IMG/VR virus record: IMGVR_UViG_3300042291_001557
Coordinates: 36,257 to 100,256 of that record
Reading direction: 5' to 3' (one strand)
Origin: a virus
Length of the DNA stretch: 64,000 nt
Shown: positions 26,895 through 36,117 of the stretch, piece after piece
Position numbering within the stretch: the first letter of the stretch is position 1
How the letters are laid out: every line of letters starts with the position of its first letter
The notes under the pieces: generated by a model
What the model was told of the DNA's origin: nothing
Database searches by the model: none
What the model saw: only the letters and a program-made list of their open reading frames with translations
Translations under genes and position numbers: made by a program

Positions 26895-29800
26895 TAGGTC
26901 AACCCATTTCCGCTAATCATCCATGATGTTGAGGTTATTTTTACAGCAGTTGCCATTCCAAAAGGAGCAAGAGTTCTAGAGCCAGTCGTTCCTGGGCCAG
27001 CAAGATACAGGTCGTCCGATGTGATTGCGATAGTTACCGTTGCACCCGTGCCAGCAATAAATACAATAGTTGCGCCAATAGGCATAGCAACTGTTGCGTT
27101 GGCAGGGATAGTTACCGTACGGGTTGCAGTTGAGTAAATGTGTGTCCCAGCGTCGGCAGCAACGACCCCGTAAGCGCCTGTAGTAGTAGTGTTTTGTGGT
27201 AATCCCATATAACCAAAACCGCTAGTGCCAGTTGAAGTTGTTCCAGCGGCAGGACTGCCGGTAACCGTTCCGGTAAATATTGGGCTCGCTAAGTTGGCTT
27301 TTAAGTTATCTGCAGTTGTTACAAAAGCCGTTGTAGCAATGGCGGTTGTACTATCCGCAGCAGTCTGTGTGGTGGCGATTGTTCCGGTAGGGAGAGTCGG
27401 GGTGCCCGTAAAGGTCGGCGAGTCGGCCTTTGCCATAACATACCAAGCTCCACCATGGGCATAGTACATAAGACCCGTTGCGTTGACGTGGGCAACCATT
27501 CCGTGCCTAGTGCTAGCTATTGGCAGGTCCCCAAAGACGTCATAGACGTTCCATGCCAAATCAGCACTTGCTACTGTCCCAGAAGGGAGAACAACCGTGC
27601 CTGTAAAAGTTGGAGAGGCCAGTGGCGCTTTGGCGTCAATTTGTGTTTGGATTGAAGAAGTAACGCCATTTAGGTAGCCAATTTCGGTATCAGAAACATC
27701 AGCAACTCTTGCTTGAATCGTTGTCGTATCAACCGAAAGCACATTAGATACAAGATTGATTCCGCTGCCGTTAGTAAGCGTTTGTGCAGCATTAAAAACA
27801 GTGTAAGTAATGTTGTCGGTTCCAATAACAATTGGATTCGTTGGACTGTTATTTATAAAACCATACCCAGCATTGGTATTTCCACCCATAACAAAGCAGA
27901 AGTCTCCAGGAGCCAATTCTCCAGATGGGTTATTATCAGTATCTGTTGCTCTTGTGACTACCCAAGGGGCGCTTACGCTACCGACTGCCGTAATGGTGTA
28001 AATACCATTTTGTTTTGAATCAGTTTGCGACTTAACAAGGATTCTGCTTCCAACAACTACCGAGGCTCCATCAATAGTACCAATTGAACCATTTGTTGCT
28101 TTTGTTAGAGTTGCACCAACGCCAGCAGTTCCGTTGTTGTATGTTCCAGCGAGGTTACCACTTGTTGCAGCAACCACTGATGCATGGAAATGGACACCAG
28201 AAGCAATGTTATCAACATACTGTTTTGTTGCTGCTTGCAATGCCGATGCCGGGTCTGCGGCAAGTGTTACTGAACCAGTAAATGTTGGAGAAGCGAGTGG
28301 GGCTTTTGCTGCTAATAGTGTCGAGTCGTTTACCCAAGCGGTTCCGTTCCACTTCAGGATGTCGTCACTAGCAGCAGACGTAATTGTTACATCCGTAAGG
28401 TCGTCAATTGCTCCAACACTGGATGAAACTCCGTTTATCCATGCACTACCGCTCCATTTAACTACATCGTCTACTTGTACGTCTGACATCGTGACGTTTG
28501 TTAAAACGTTTAGGGATGGAACCGTTACGTTCTCTCCGAGAGTTGATGAGTAGATTACTATACGCACTGAGTCTGCAGCAGGGATAACGCTGAAGTTAAC
28601 TGTTACCGAGCTTGTTGTCGTGGCTTCCCATTGAACTTCGATTACTTCGTACGGACTAGCAACATTGCGCGCCACAACAATAACGTCCCTAGTTGATAAC
28701 GTGTGATTTATTACAAAAGTAGTATTGGTTCCATCGCCGATAGTTCCTACATGAGTTGAGCCCAACGCTCCGTTTGGAGGACCAGAAGGGCCTACTACTC
28801 CAGAAACGCCAGAAGGTCCTGTCGGTCCTGTCGGTCCTGTTGCACCAGAGATACCAATAAAAGAAATAGTTACTGGGTTAAGTAAACCTGAACCAGTTTC
28901 AAAGTCTGAAGTTAAATCAAACCCAGAATCTTGAGTTAAGTTCGCAATTGTGCCTCGAATGTAATTGCTTGAGTTAATTGAAATTTTTACATAATCGCCA
29001 TTAGCAAATGCTCCAGTATTGGAACACGTAATCATGTACGTAAATCCAAGACCAGAAATCGAATCGCCGCTGGCATTTCCGGTAATTCCTGCGTATCCAC
29101 GACCCGTTGCACCAGTTGGTCCAGTTGGACCCGTAGGACCAACTATCGATGAAGGCGTTCCAGATACACCCGACACTCCAGATACACCAGAAACTCCGCT
29201 AACACCACTTACGCCTTGAGGGCCGGTTGGTCCAGTTGGGCCTACAGGTCCAATACCACCAGTTTCAACCCATTGAATATTGTCAGTACCGATTTTGATG
29301 GCGTTGTTTGCGGCAGTACCTGTAACGGTTTGAATATATGTTCTGCCTGCTTTATCGCCTGCTTCAACAAGACAGAAGTCTCCGTTTTCAACTTCGCCAG
29401 CAAGGCTGTTATCAAAGTCGGTTGCGCGAGTAAACCTGTGCTTTGAACCACCGGAGCCAAGACTTGTTACGGTATAAATACCATTTTCAATCGGATTAGT
29501 TCTCCCCGAAAAAAGAACACGGTCACCAACAACAATTGTTGCTCCGCCTGCTGTAGAAATAGCACCATTGGCATCTGCTTCAATGTAGGCACCAACACCG
29601 TAGCCTTCACTTGCATCTGCAGTTCCAGCAAAGTAAGTACTTGCGCCTTGCGTGTCAACAACCGTAGTTACAGTGGCGTGAGCATTTTGTGCTCCAGGAA
29701 CACCACTTACACCCGAAACACCGCTGACTCCCGAAACACCTTGTGGACCAGAAGGACCGGTCGGACCAGAAGGACCAGCTACGGACGAAGGTGTTCCGCT

Positions 29801-30436
29801 TACGCCGGAAACGCCAGAAACACCACTTACGCCAGATACGCCTTGTGGACCAGAAGGACCAGAAGGACCAGACGGACCCGAAGGACCAAGAGGCTGTGGT
29901 CCAACTTCAACCCAATGAGAGTCGTAGTAAATAAAAGTTTTACCAGTATCGGACTCAAACCAAATCTGACCAGAAACAGGAGTGCTCGGAGCGGTGTCGG
30001 AGATTGTTGCTCCACCTGCAGCGTTGGCGTTCACCCAAGCAGTGCCGTTCCATTGCAAAACCTGATTAGTTGTAATGCTTGTTATTGTTACGTCGGTTAA
30101 GTCATCAATGGATGCGACAGTCGATGCAGTGCCTGGAACAAACTTGGTTCCGTTAAATTTGAGAACCTGGTCACCGCTTGCGCCAGTCGTGTCTACTTCT
30201 ATTCCGTCAATGAAAAGGGCGGGGACCTTAAAGGTGTCGTCTGTTTTTAAAACGTTTGCTTCGTCGCGATACAGGTTTACATCGCCGGCAGTTTCTCCAT
30301 CACCCCAAACAAGACGTCCGCCACCTTGAATTTGAAGTCTTGCGAAAGTATCTTGGTCTACAAAAATTGTCAACCCATCAGAGCCAGCAGACGACAGCTG
30401 CTTAATAGCAATAGGGGTTATAAATTTTTGAGCCAT
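26894..30436 (-). CDS. Long tail fibre protein with collagen-like segments
   Basis: GPS/GVS/GPT triplet blocks, two ENGIY.VT...RATD.D domains, KAPLASPTFTG repeats. Confidence 0.8.
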   Translation of the reverse strand: MAQKFITPIAIKQLSSAGSDGLTIFVDQDTFARLQIQGGGRLVWGDGETAGDVNLYRDEANVLKTDDTFKVPALFIDGIEVDTTGASGDQVLKFNGTKFVPGTASTVASIDDLTDVTITSITTNQVLQWNGTAWVNANAAGGATISDTAPSTPVSGQIWFESDTGKTFIYYDSHWVEVGPQPLGPSGPSGPSGPSGPQGVSGVSGVSGVSGVSGTPSSVAGPSGPTGPSGPQGVSGVSGVSGVSGVPGAQNAHATVTTVVDTQGASTYFAGTADASEGYGVGAYIEADANGAISTAGGATIVVGDRVLFSGRTNPIENGIYTVTSLGSGGSKHRFTRATDFDNSLAGEVENGDFCLVEAGDKAGRTYIQTVTGTAANNAIKIGTDNIQWVETGGIGPVGPTGPTGPQGVSGVSGVSGVSGVSGVSGTPSSIVGPTGPTGPTGATGRGYAGITGNASGDSISGLGFTYMITCSNTGAFANGDYVKISINSSNYIRGTIANLTQDSGFDLTSDFETGSGLLNPVTISFIGISGATGPTGPTGPSGVSGVVGPSGPPNGALGSTHVGTIGDGTNTTFVINHTLSTRDVIVVARNVASPYEVIEVQWEATTTSSVTVNFSVIPAADSVRIVIYSSTLGENVTVPSLNVLTNVTMSDVQVDDVVKWSGSAWINGVSSSVGAIDDLTDVTITSAASDDILKWNGTAWVNDSTLLAAKAPLASPTFTGSVTLAADPASALQAATKQYVDNIASGVHFHASVVAATSGNLAGTYNNGTAGVGATLTKATNGSIGTIDGASVVVGSRILVKSQTDSKQNGIYTITAVGSVSAPWVVTRATDTDNNPSGELAPGDFCFVMGGNTNAGYGFINNSPTNPIVIGTDNITYTVFNAAQTLTNGSGINLVSNVLSVDTTTIQARVADVSDTEIGYLNGVTSSIQTQIDAKAPLASPTFTGTVVLPSGTVASADLAWNVYDVFGDLPIASTRHGMVAHVNATGLMYYAHGGAWYVMAKADSPTFTGTPTLPTGTIATTQTAADSTTAIATTAFVTTADNLKANLASPIFTGTVTGSPAAGTTSTGTSGFGYMGLPQNTTTTGAYGVVAADAGTHIYSTATRTVTIPANATVAMPIGATIVFIAGTGATVTIAITSDDLYLAGPGTTGSRTLAPFGMATAVKITSTSWMISGNGLT

Positions 30437-30479
30437 GACCTCAGTCGTTTCTCTTGTTAATGCCCCTCAGGGCTAAGCG

Positions 30480-30668
30480 TTAAGCTTTCTTGCCGAAAGC
30501 TGTATCTTTTGGATTCAGATAACGAAGGATAACAGGTAGTGCTGCTGCCCAGAGAGCGTTAGCAGTAAGTTTTAAATCGTTAGTTGCTACATATGTTGCG
30601 ACTGCTGCACCAAGGACGCTTCTTGCGTACGATGCTGCCATTGCTTTTTGTTCTGCTGTAATTTTCAT
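30480..30668 (-). CDS. Small membrane protein, holin-like
   Basis: SYARS..GA......AA.LPVILR.LNP.D.AFG, two hydrophobic helices. Confidence 0.55.
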   Translation of the reverse strand: MKITAEQKAMAASYARSVLGAAVATYVATNDLKLTANALWAAALPVILRYLNPKDTAFGKKA

Positions 30669-30674
30669 GGTTTC

Positions 30675-31979
30675 CTATCCGGTGACTATGATTTTGTAAT
30701 CACCTAGAGCAATTGTTCCTTGCAGTACAACCGTGACGGAGTCATTGGTTCCACGGTTTATGTCACCATAAACGGTATTTCCGGTAGATACTTCATAGAT
30801 TTGAACAATAACATCCTGGGTATCAAAGCTGTGAGTCACAACGGTTGTTGAAACCGAGGAGACGCTAGCAGCACAGCCCTGGGAAGCAACACGAGCAAGC
30901 TTCGAGACACCTGTTGTAACCGTGGTAGCGCTTGTCTTTATACCAAGAGCAGTACGAGCATCTGCGGCAGTTGAGGAACCAGTACCACCGTGCAGTACGG
31001 CAACGTCCGTCGCCTCCCAAGTTCCCGCTGCAATTATTCCGAGGGTTGTAATCGATGTTTGACCAACATAGGTTGACGCAATATCTACCGCGTCCCCCGT
31101 AATTGCGGTTCTGTCATTAACTACGTTGACATTGATTGTGTTGCCGTTTTGAGAAATACCGTCACCGGCAGTAAACGAACCAGCACCAGAGAACTGTGTC
31201 CATACGATTGCCGTTGAACCGATAGTGATTGTTCCGTTTGTGGAAACAACGAATCCCTTATCTGAGTGGGTAGAACCTTCCTCAACAAAAGCGAACGTTC
31301 CGGCTTTTAGTTCTCCGGTATCAACGGTTCCGTTAGCGTCAGACGAACGAGATGCTGCGCCTGCTTCTGCTGCAACCACGACATAAATACCGTTCTCTGT
31401 TGCTGTGCTTTGGTCTTTTACAAGAACGCGGTCACCAGCAACAAGGGTTACTCCGTCAATCGTGTCCCCGGCCTCAAGGTCGGTGGCAATGTTAATTGGA
31501 GCTGTTGTAGCAAGTCTTACGGACTGCTTAACATCAAGACCTTGGCGAGCAGCGTCTACATAACCCTTGGTGGCAGCATGGTTAGCGTCAGTTGGGGTTG
31601 CAACTTTTATATTTGACTGAGCGTCTCTTTTAACCAACTTAGAAGCAGTTGCTTCGTCGGTTGCGTCGGTGAGCATTTGCCACATTGCTGCTGGAATCAG
31701 ACCAGCACTGTTGGTATCGGCTACCTTTAGGGTGAGCGTTACAATGCCGTTTTCGTCGGATACCTCAAGAGCTTCAGCAATTCCTACACCGCCACCAGAG
31801 GTAATAGAATGGACTGACTTCTTCCATGCACCATTCGCATACACCCGAACTATATTTAGCTGGGTGTCATAGTACATCCGGCCTTCAAAGCCAGTTGGGG
31901 CTGTAGCTAGCTTCTCAAGGGAGCTATTAAGCAGCTGATTGCCATTTAGGTCAATATTTGTTAGAAATTTTTGTGCCAT
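30675..31979 (-). CDS. Tail fibre/virion structural protein
   Basis: HAATKGYVD...GLDVKQSVR.ATT...IDGVTL..GDRVLVKDQ...ENGIY domain. Confidence 0.8.
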   Translation of the reverse strand: MAQKFLTNIDLNGNQLLNSSLEKLATAPTGFEGRMYYDTQLNIVRVYANGAWKKSVHSITSGGGVGIAEALEVSDENGIVTLTLKVADTNSAGLIPAAMWQMLTDATDEATASKLVKRDAQSNIKVATPTDANHAATKGYVDAARQGLDVKQSVRLATTAPINIATDLEAGDTIDGVTLVAGDRVLVKDQSTATENGIYVVVAAEAGAASRSSDANGTVDTGELKAGTFAFVEEGSTHSDKGFVVSTNGTITIGSTAIVWTQFSGAGSFTAGDGISQNGNTINVNVVNDRTAITGDAVDIASTYVGQTSITTLGIIAAGTWEATDVAVLHGGTGSSTAADARTALGIKTSATTVTTGVSKLARVASQGCAASVSSVSTTVVTHSFDTQDVIVQIYEVSTGNTVYGDINRGTNDSVTVVLQGTIALGDYKIIVTG

Positions 31980-31991
31980 TTTTCCTCTACC

Positions 31992-32309
31992 TTACGTGAG
32001 ATATGCTTTCCCAGAGAACGCCGCAGAGAACGTCACCGTAACCTGAGTATTACTATTGTATTGTACCTCACCAAATACATGCGTATCTGCAGAGTCAACA
32101 ATGGTTACGGACGGCTTGCCCCCCAAAGTATGGGTTATTACCCAAGTTGTTGAAGCGACCTCTTGGTTGAATATGTACCTTCTGGTGTTTGCTGAGCTTC
32201 CACCAATTCCTCCGCCTCGAACTACTACTTGGTTTGGCGAATCCTGATTGACTAAAACCTGGTTTGGCGTATCCTGATTAATTAAAACCTGGTTTGGGAC
32301 ATTACTCAT
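31992..32309 (-). CDS. Small virion structural protein
   Basis: Y.F.Q...STTW.ITH.LG..PSVT.VD.......G...Y...N.V...FS..FSGKAYL. Confidence 0.7.
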   Translation of the reverse strand: MSNVPNQVLINQDTPNQVLVNQDSPNQVVVRGGGIGGSSANTRRYIFNQEVASTTWVITHTLGGKPSVTIVDSADTHVFGEVQYNSNTQVTVTFSAAFSGKAYLT

Positions 32310-32674
32310 CTAGTCACTTCCTCGGACACTGTAAATGTTCCTTGTATAACCCTAGACACCACGCCCTCAAAACTTTCTATTTCTAGGTCGTAAACACCAC
32401 TAGACAAATCGGAAGTAACTTCTGGTTCCATAAGTAGAATAATTCTTCCTTCTACTTCAACTATTTCTATGCGACCATTTGCCGTACTCAGTTCAACGAT
32501 TACCGTAGAACTAGTGACTGTTCTTCTTACCTGCATTCTCGCAGTAAAACCCTCAAGGTCGTATTTGTGGAAAATGGTTGGGTCGGTAGGGTCAGGGTAC
32601 TGAAGGTCGATAATTCTAGTGAAGGTCGCACCTTGCTGACAAAATATATTGTAGACGCCTGCAATCATGGCCAA
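32306..32674 (-). CDS. BppU/LtfC-like baseplate or fibre attachment protein
   Basis: QGATF.R, DL.G.TARMQVR, GVYDLEI...G.V.R..QG.F.V..EVTR. Confidence 0.65.
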   Translation of the reverse strand: MAMIAGVYNIFCQQGATFTRIIDLQYPDPTDPTIFHKYDLEGFTARMQVRRTVTSSTVIVELSTANGRIEIVEVEGRIILLMEPEVTSDLSSGVYDLEIESFEGVVSRVIQGTFTVSEEVTR

Positions 32675-32851
32675 CTCCTAGAGATTCTCCAGTATTTATT
32701 GTAGTTGAGAGAAAACTCTGAAATAGCAAGTAAATAATGGTCTTGACGCAAAACTAGCACAAACAATTCAAAGTCCGTGATTTTTGTTGTTTGTCAAAAT
32801 GGTAAAATTGTTTTGTCTTTGGGGCAACGACTATCGCATTTGGGGAAATAG

Positions 32852-35800
32852 GTGTCATTTTTGGGGAACACTAGAATAAAAATTAGAAAATCGGCTTGGA
32901 TAAACATGCCGGTGATTCTTCTATCTTTATTCACTTCTGTTTTTAGTGTTGGAGCTTCTGCGTCAACAGTTATTACGAATGGCGGATTCGACGGTTCTGA
33001 CGGCTGGACGATAGTTCAGAATGGCGGAAGCGGGATGGTATTCAATGGAGCCCTTAGGTTTTCTTATGCAACGGGAGAAGTCAGTCAGTCTTTCACAGTA
33101 AGCCCAAACGAAACTGTAGAAATCTCGTTTACTGTTGACAACTCAACCACCAATAGTGTTGGTCAGGGGGCGATTGCCGATACATGGAATGCCACACTTA
33201 CTGCTGGTGCGACCGTTGACAGTGTGGGAAGGTCGACGGCCCACAACCAAGAAACTTTCACATTGACACTAAGTGTCCCAACCGGAGTGTCTTCTGCGAC
33301 CTTGAACTTCAGTGGAATGGATAATGGGTTCTGGTCAGGGGTCTACGGACCAATAGTCGACAGCGTTTCGGCCAACATAACGCCGGCCCCCTTTGTTGCA
33401 ACAGGATACCCATCAGACCAGCAGTGGGAAGCTGTTACTTACGGCGCTGGAAAGTTTGTGGCTGTTGCTTCTTCTGGTGACGGCAACCGTGTCATGACTT
33501 CAACAAACGGTGATTATTGGACCTCAAGAACGTCTGCTTCCGACAGTAACTGGCAAGGAATAACTTATGCGGATAACCAGTTTGTTGCAGTTGGCTCAAA
33601 TGCAGTAATGACATCTCCTGACGGAATTACATGGACTTCACGAACTGTACCAAACGGAGAATGGCAAGCAATCACAAACTGCGGTGGCCTTTATGTTGCT
33701 ACTGCAACTTGGGGAAGCAACTATATTATGTCTTCGCCCGACGGAATTGATTGGACCGTTCGAACCCCTTCTACGGCATGGTCACATGATGCAGTTGCTT
33801 GTAGCGCAGAAGTCCCACGGTTTGTTTCTGTATCAATGTTTGGTAGAGGCTGGTCTTCTGCTAATGGTACTACTGGTTGGTCTACACAAAACCCAGGCGC
33901 AATAGTTGACATCCGAACAATTGCGTTTGGTGCTGGTCGTTTCTCGTGGCTTGAATACAGCACAAATTCAGGAAATAGATACGGTGCGTACTCCACAAAC
34001 GGAGTCAACTGGACAAACACGGCTAGCGCCCCAGCCAACCAGTGGAAATATATTACATATGGTGGAAACAAGTTTATTGCCGTAGCAGAAGGTGGAGTAA
34101 ATTCTCGCTCTGCTTATTCAACCGATGGTGCAAACTGGACGCTTGGTTCTGGCGTACCAAACAACTCATGGCAAGGTGTTGCTTATGGGGCGGGAAAATA
34201 CGTTGCTGTAGCAAACTCTGGCACAGGAAACAGAGTAATGACATCCACTAATGGGCAGTCATGGGAAAGTCTTTCTGTCAGTTACTTCAACGCGGTAAGT
34301 AACTTAACTGCGACGGCAAACAATGACGGAAGCGTAACTCTCAACTGGGATGCACCAGAAGCAAGCAACACAGAAATATATGGATACTCGGTCAATTTTG
34401 TGGACTACGACGATGGCGTAGAGCGTGGCGGGTGGGGTGTTTGGACAGCTGCTGTAAATACCTCTTATTTACTTAGTGATTCCATGTTTAACGGAAGTGC
34501 CCCAGTTACTACTGGGTATGGCCCTGTCCGCTTCAAGGTTTACGCAATGAATGGTCCATGTGCAGGTGTTGGTACTGGTTCCTGCATGTACGGCCCAAGC
34601 ACCAGCGCGGATGCAGATGTTGTTGAACCTGTTTCATCTACAACTACTAGTAGTACTAGTACCACCAGTACATCAATAGTGCCCACAACGACCACAAGCA
34701 CAACAATAGTTTCACCTATTAATGATACAACAACTACCGAACCAGATATTGTCCCTCCTCCCATTGAAACACTTCCAACAGATAACACCACTGTTTCAAT
34801 TCCAGAAACAGAAACACCAATTTCCCCAACTACTACAACTCTTGTTGAAACAATAATTGACACACCAGTGGAGGTAACCCCAGTTGAGACACCCGCGAGC
34901 GAAGGTAACTCCGAAGGTGATGGACCCGCCGCCTCGGTACCACAATATGCCCCAGAACAAGAGACAACAACACAAACGGATGAACCGGCGATAGTTGTTC
35001 CAGCAGATACCCAAGATGCAGCTGATGCTGCAGTTGCGGATATTTTTGACGGCCCCATGTCTGACGCAGGACTTGCAAATGCAGTTGACGATTTGGTTAC
35101 AGATGCCGGAACTCCTGAAGAACTTACAGCCGTAGTTAATTCCCTTCTCGACCAAGAACTAACAGACACGCAGTTTTCTACAGTTATTGATTCAGTGTTT
35201 GATGGACCTATGTCTGACGAAAACTTTTCTGCTGCAGTTGATGCTGTCTTTACAGATACTTCTGCATTAAGCGACGAACAGTTTGACACTGCAGTTCAAG
35301 CAGTGTTTGATGGTCCTTTGTCAACCGAACAGTTTGGCGATGCTCTTGAGGCGGTTTTTGACGAACCGATTTCTGATGAAAAGTTCGATGCCATTATTGA
35401 TGCAGTTTTGGATGAACCACTTTCTGACGAACAGTTTGAAGAACTTGTTGGTGTCCTGGAATCAGACGCAGTTACAGAAGAACAAGTAGCTGCTGCAGTT
35501 GACTCAGTTATTGAAGGCGGCGTTACAGAAGACCAAGCTACAGAACTTGCTACCAGCGAAAAGGTTTTGGAGAGTATCGACGGCGAACAGGCTGCGGAAA
35601 TCTTTGACGCTGTGGATATCTCAAACGTAACGGCAGAAGAAGCTGCGGCTCTGGTTGAGGCTGTTCAGGACGCACCAACCGAGGTTAGAGAATCGATGGA
35701 ATCGGAAATTAACGTATTCGATGGCGCTATTGACACGTATGTGCCACTTGGTTCTGCTGTTGACGTTGGAACACGAAGAGTGGTTGTAGCAGCAGCGACT

Positions 35801-35947
35801 GCTGCAATGGGTATAACTATGGCAGGCGGAGCCCCATCTGCGCCGTCTGCACCAAGCGGACCAAACGGTAGTGGTGGAGGCGGCGGCGAAGGCGGCGGCG
35901 GACCATCTGAAAACAAAAAAACTTCTAATAGGAGGAGAATAAAGTGA
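32852..35947 (+). CDS. Large exported surface protein (signal peptide, carbohydrate-binding-like domain, BNR propeller repeats, FN3, S/T linker, acidic helical repeats)
   Basis: Hydrophobic N-terminus ending ASA; W..V.YG.G.FVAV...MTS.DG..W repeats; VTLNWDAP FN3; poly-T; approx. 17-aa D.VFDGP.SDE.F..AV repeats. Confidence 0.75.
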   Translation: MSFLGNTRIKIRKSAWINMPVILLSLFTSVFSVGASASTVITNGGFDGSDGWTIVQNGGSGMVFNGALRFSYATGEVSQSFTVSPNETVEISFTVDNSTTNSVGQGAIADTWNATLTAGATVDSVGRSTAHNQETFTLTLSVPTGVSSATLNFSGMDNGFWSGVYGPIVDSVSANITPAPFVATGYPSDQQWEAVTYGAGKFVAVASSGDGNRVMTSTNGDYWTSRTSASDSNWQGITYADNQFVAVGSNAVMTSPDGITWTSRTVPNGEWQAITNCGGLYVATATWGSNYIMSSPDGIDWTVRTPSTAWSHDAVACSAEVPRFVSVSMFGRGWSSANGTTGWSTQNPGAIVDIRTIAFGAGRFSWLEYSTNSGNRYGAYSTNGVNWTNTASAPANQWKYITYGGNKFIAVAEGGVNSRSAYSTDGANWTLGSGVPNNSWQGVAYGAGKYVAVANSGTGNRVMTSTNGQSWESLSVSYFNAVSNLTATANNDGSVTLNWDAPEASNTEIYGYSVNFVDYDDGVERGGWGVWTAAVNTSYLLSDSMFNGSAPVTTGYGPVRFKVYAMNGPCAGVGTGSCMYGPSTSADADVVEPVSSTTTSSTSTTSTSIVPTTTTSTTIVSPINDTTTTEPDIVPPPIETLPTDNTTVSIPETETPISPTTTTLVETIIDTPVEVTPVETPASEGNSEGDGPAASVPQYAPEQETTTQTDEPAIVVPADTQDAADAAVADIFDGPMSDAGLANAVDDLVTDAGTPEELTAVVNSLLDQELTDTQFSTVIDSVFDGPMSDENFSAAVDAVFTDTSALSDEQFDTAVQAVFDGPLSTEQFGDALEAVFDEPISDEKFDAIIDAVLDEPLSDEQFEELVGVLESDAVTEEQVAAAVDSVIEGGVTEDQATELATSEKVLESIDGEQAAEIFDAVDISNVTAEEAAALVEAVQDAPTEVRESMESEINVFDGAIDTYVPLGSAVDVGTRRVVVAAATAAMGITMAGGAPSAPSAPSGPNGSGGGGGEGGGGPSENKKTSNRRRIK

Positions 35948-36117
35948 AAGCTTTAAAAAAAATAGCAAAAGAGTTCCATTCACTTGCATGGACGCTCGCA
36001 GGTGCGGTAACGGTTTTAATAACCCTTTCCGGCGATACAAGAACGATGGGTGTATGGATTTCAGGCATTGCCTTAACTGTTCACTTGCTTGGAATTGTAT
36101 TTAAAAAGGAAGATTAA
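35944..36117 (+). CDS. 57-aa two-TM membrane protein (not in supplied ORF track)
   Basis: GTG overlaps upstream stop, GGAGGAG SD; MKALKKIAKEFHSLAWTLAGAVTVLITLSGDTRTMGVWISGIALTVHLLGIVFKKED; TAATG coupling to next gene. Confidence 0.7.
   Translation: MKALKKIAKEFHSLAWTLAGAVTVLITLSGDTRTMGVWISGIALTVHLLGIVFKKED

Noticed and set aside
8376-31872. Many plus-strand Pro/Ala/Val-rich ORFs opposite Gly-rich and collagen genes
   Set aside because: Antisense shadows of low-complexity coding sequence.
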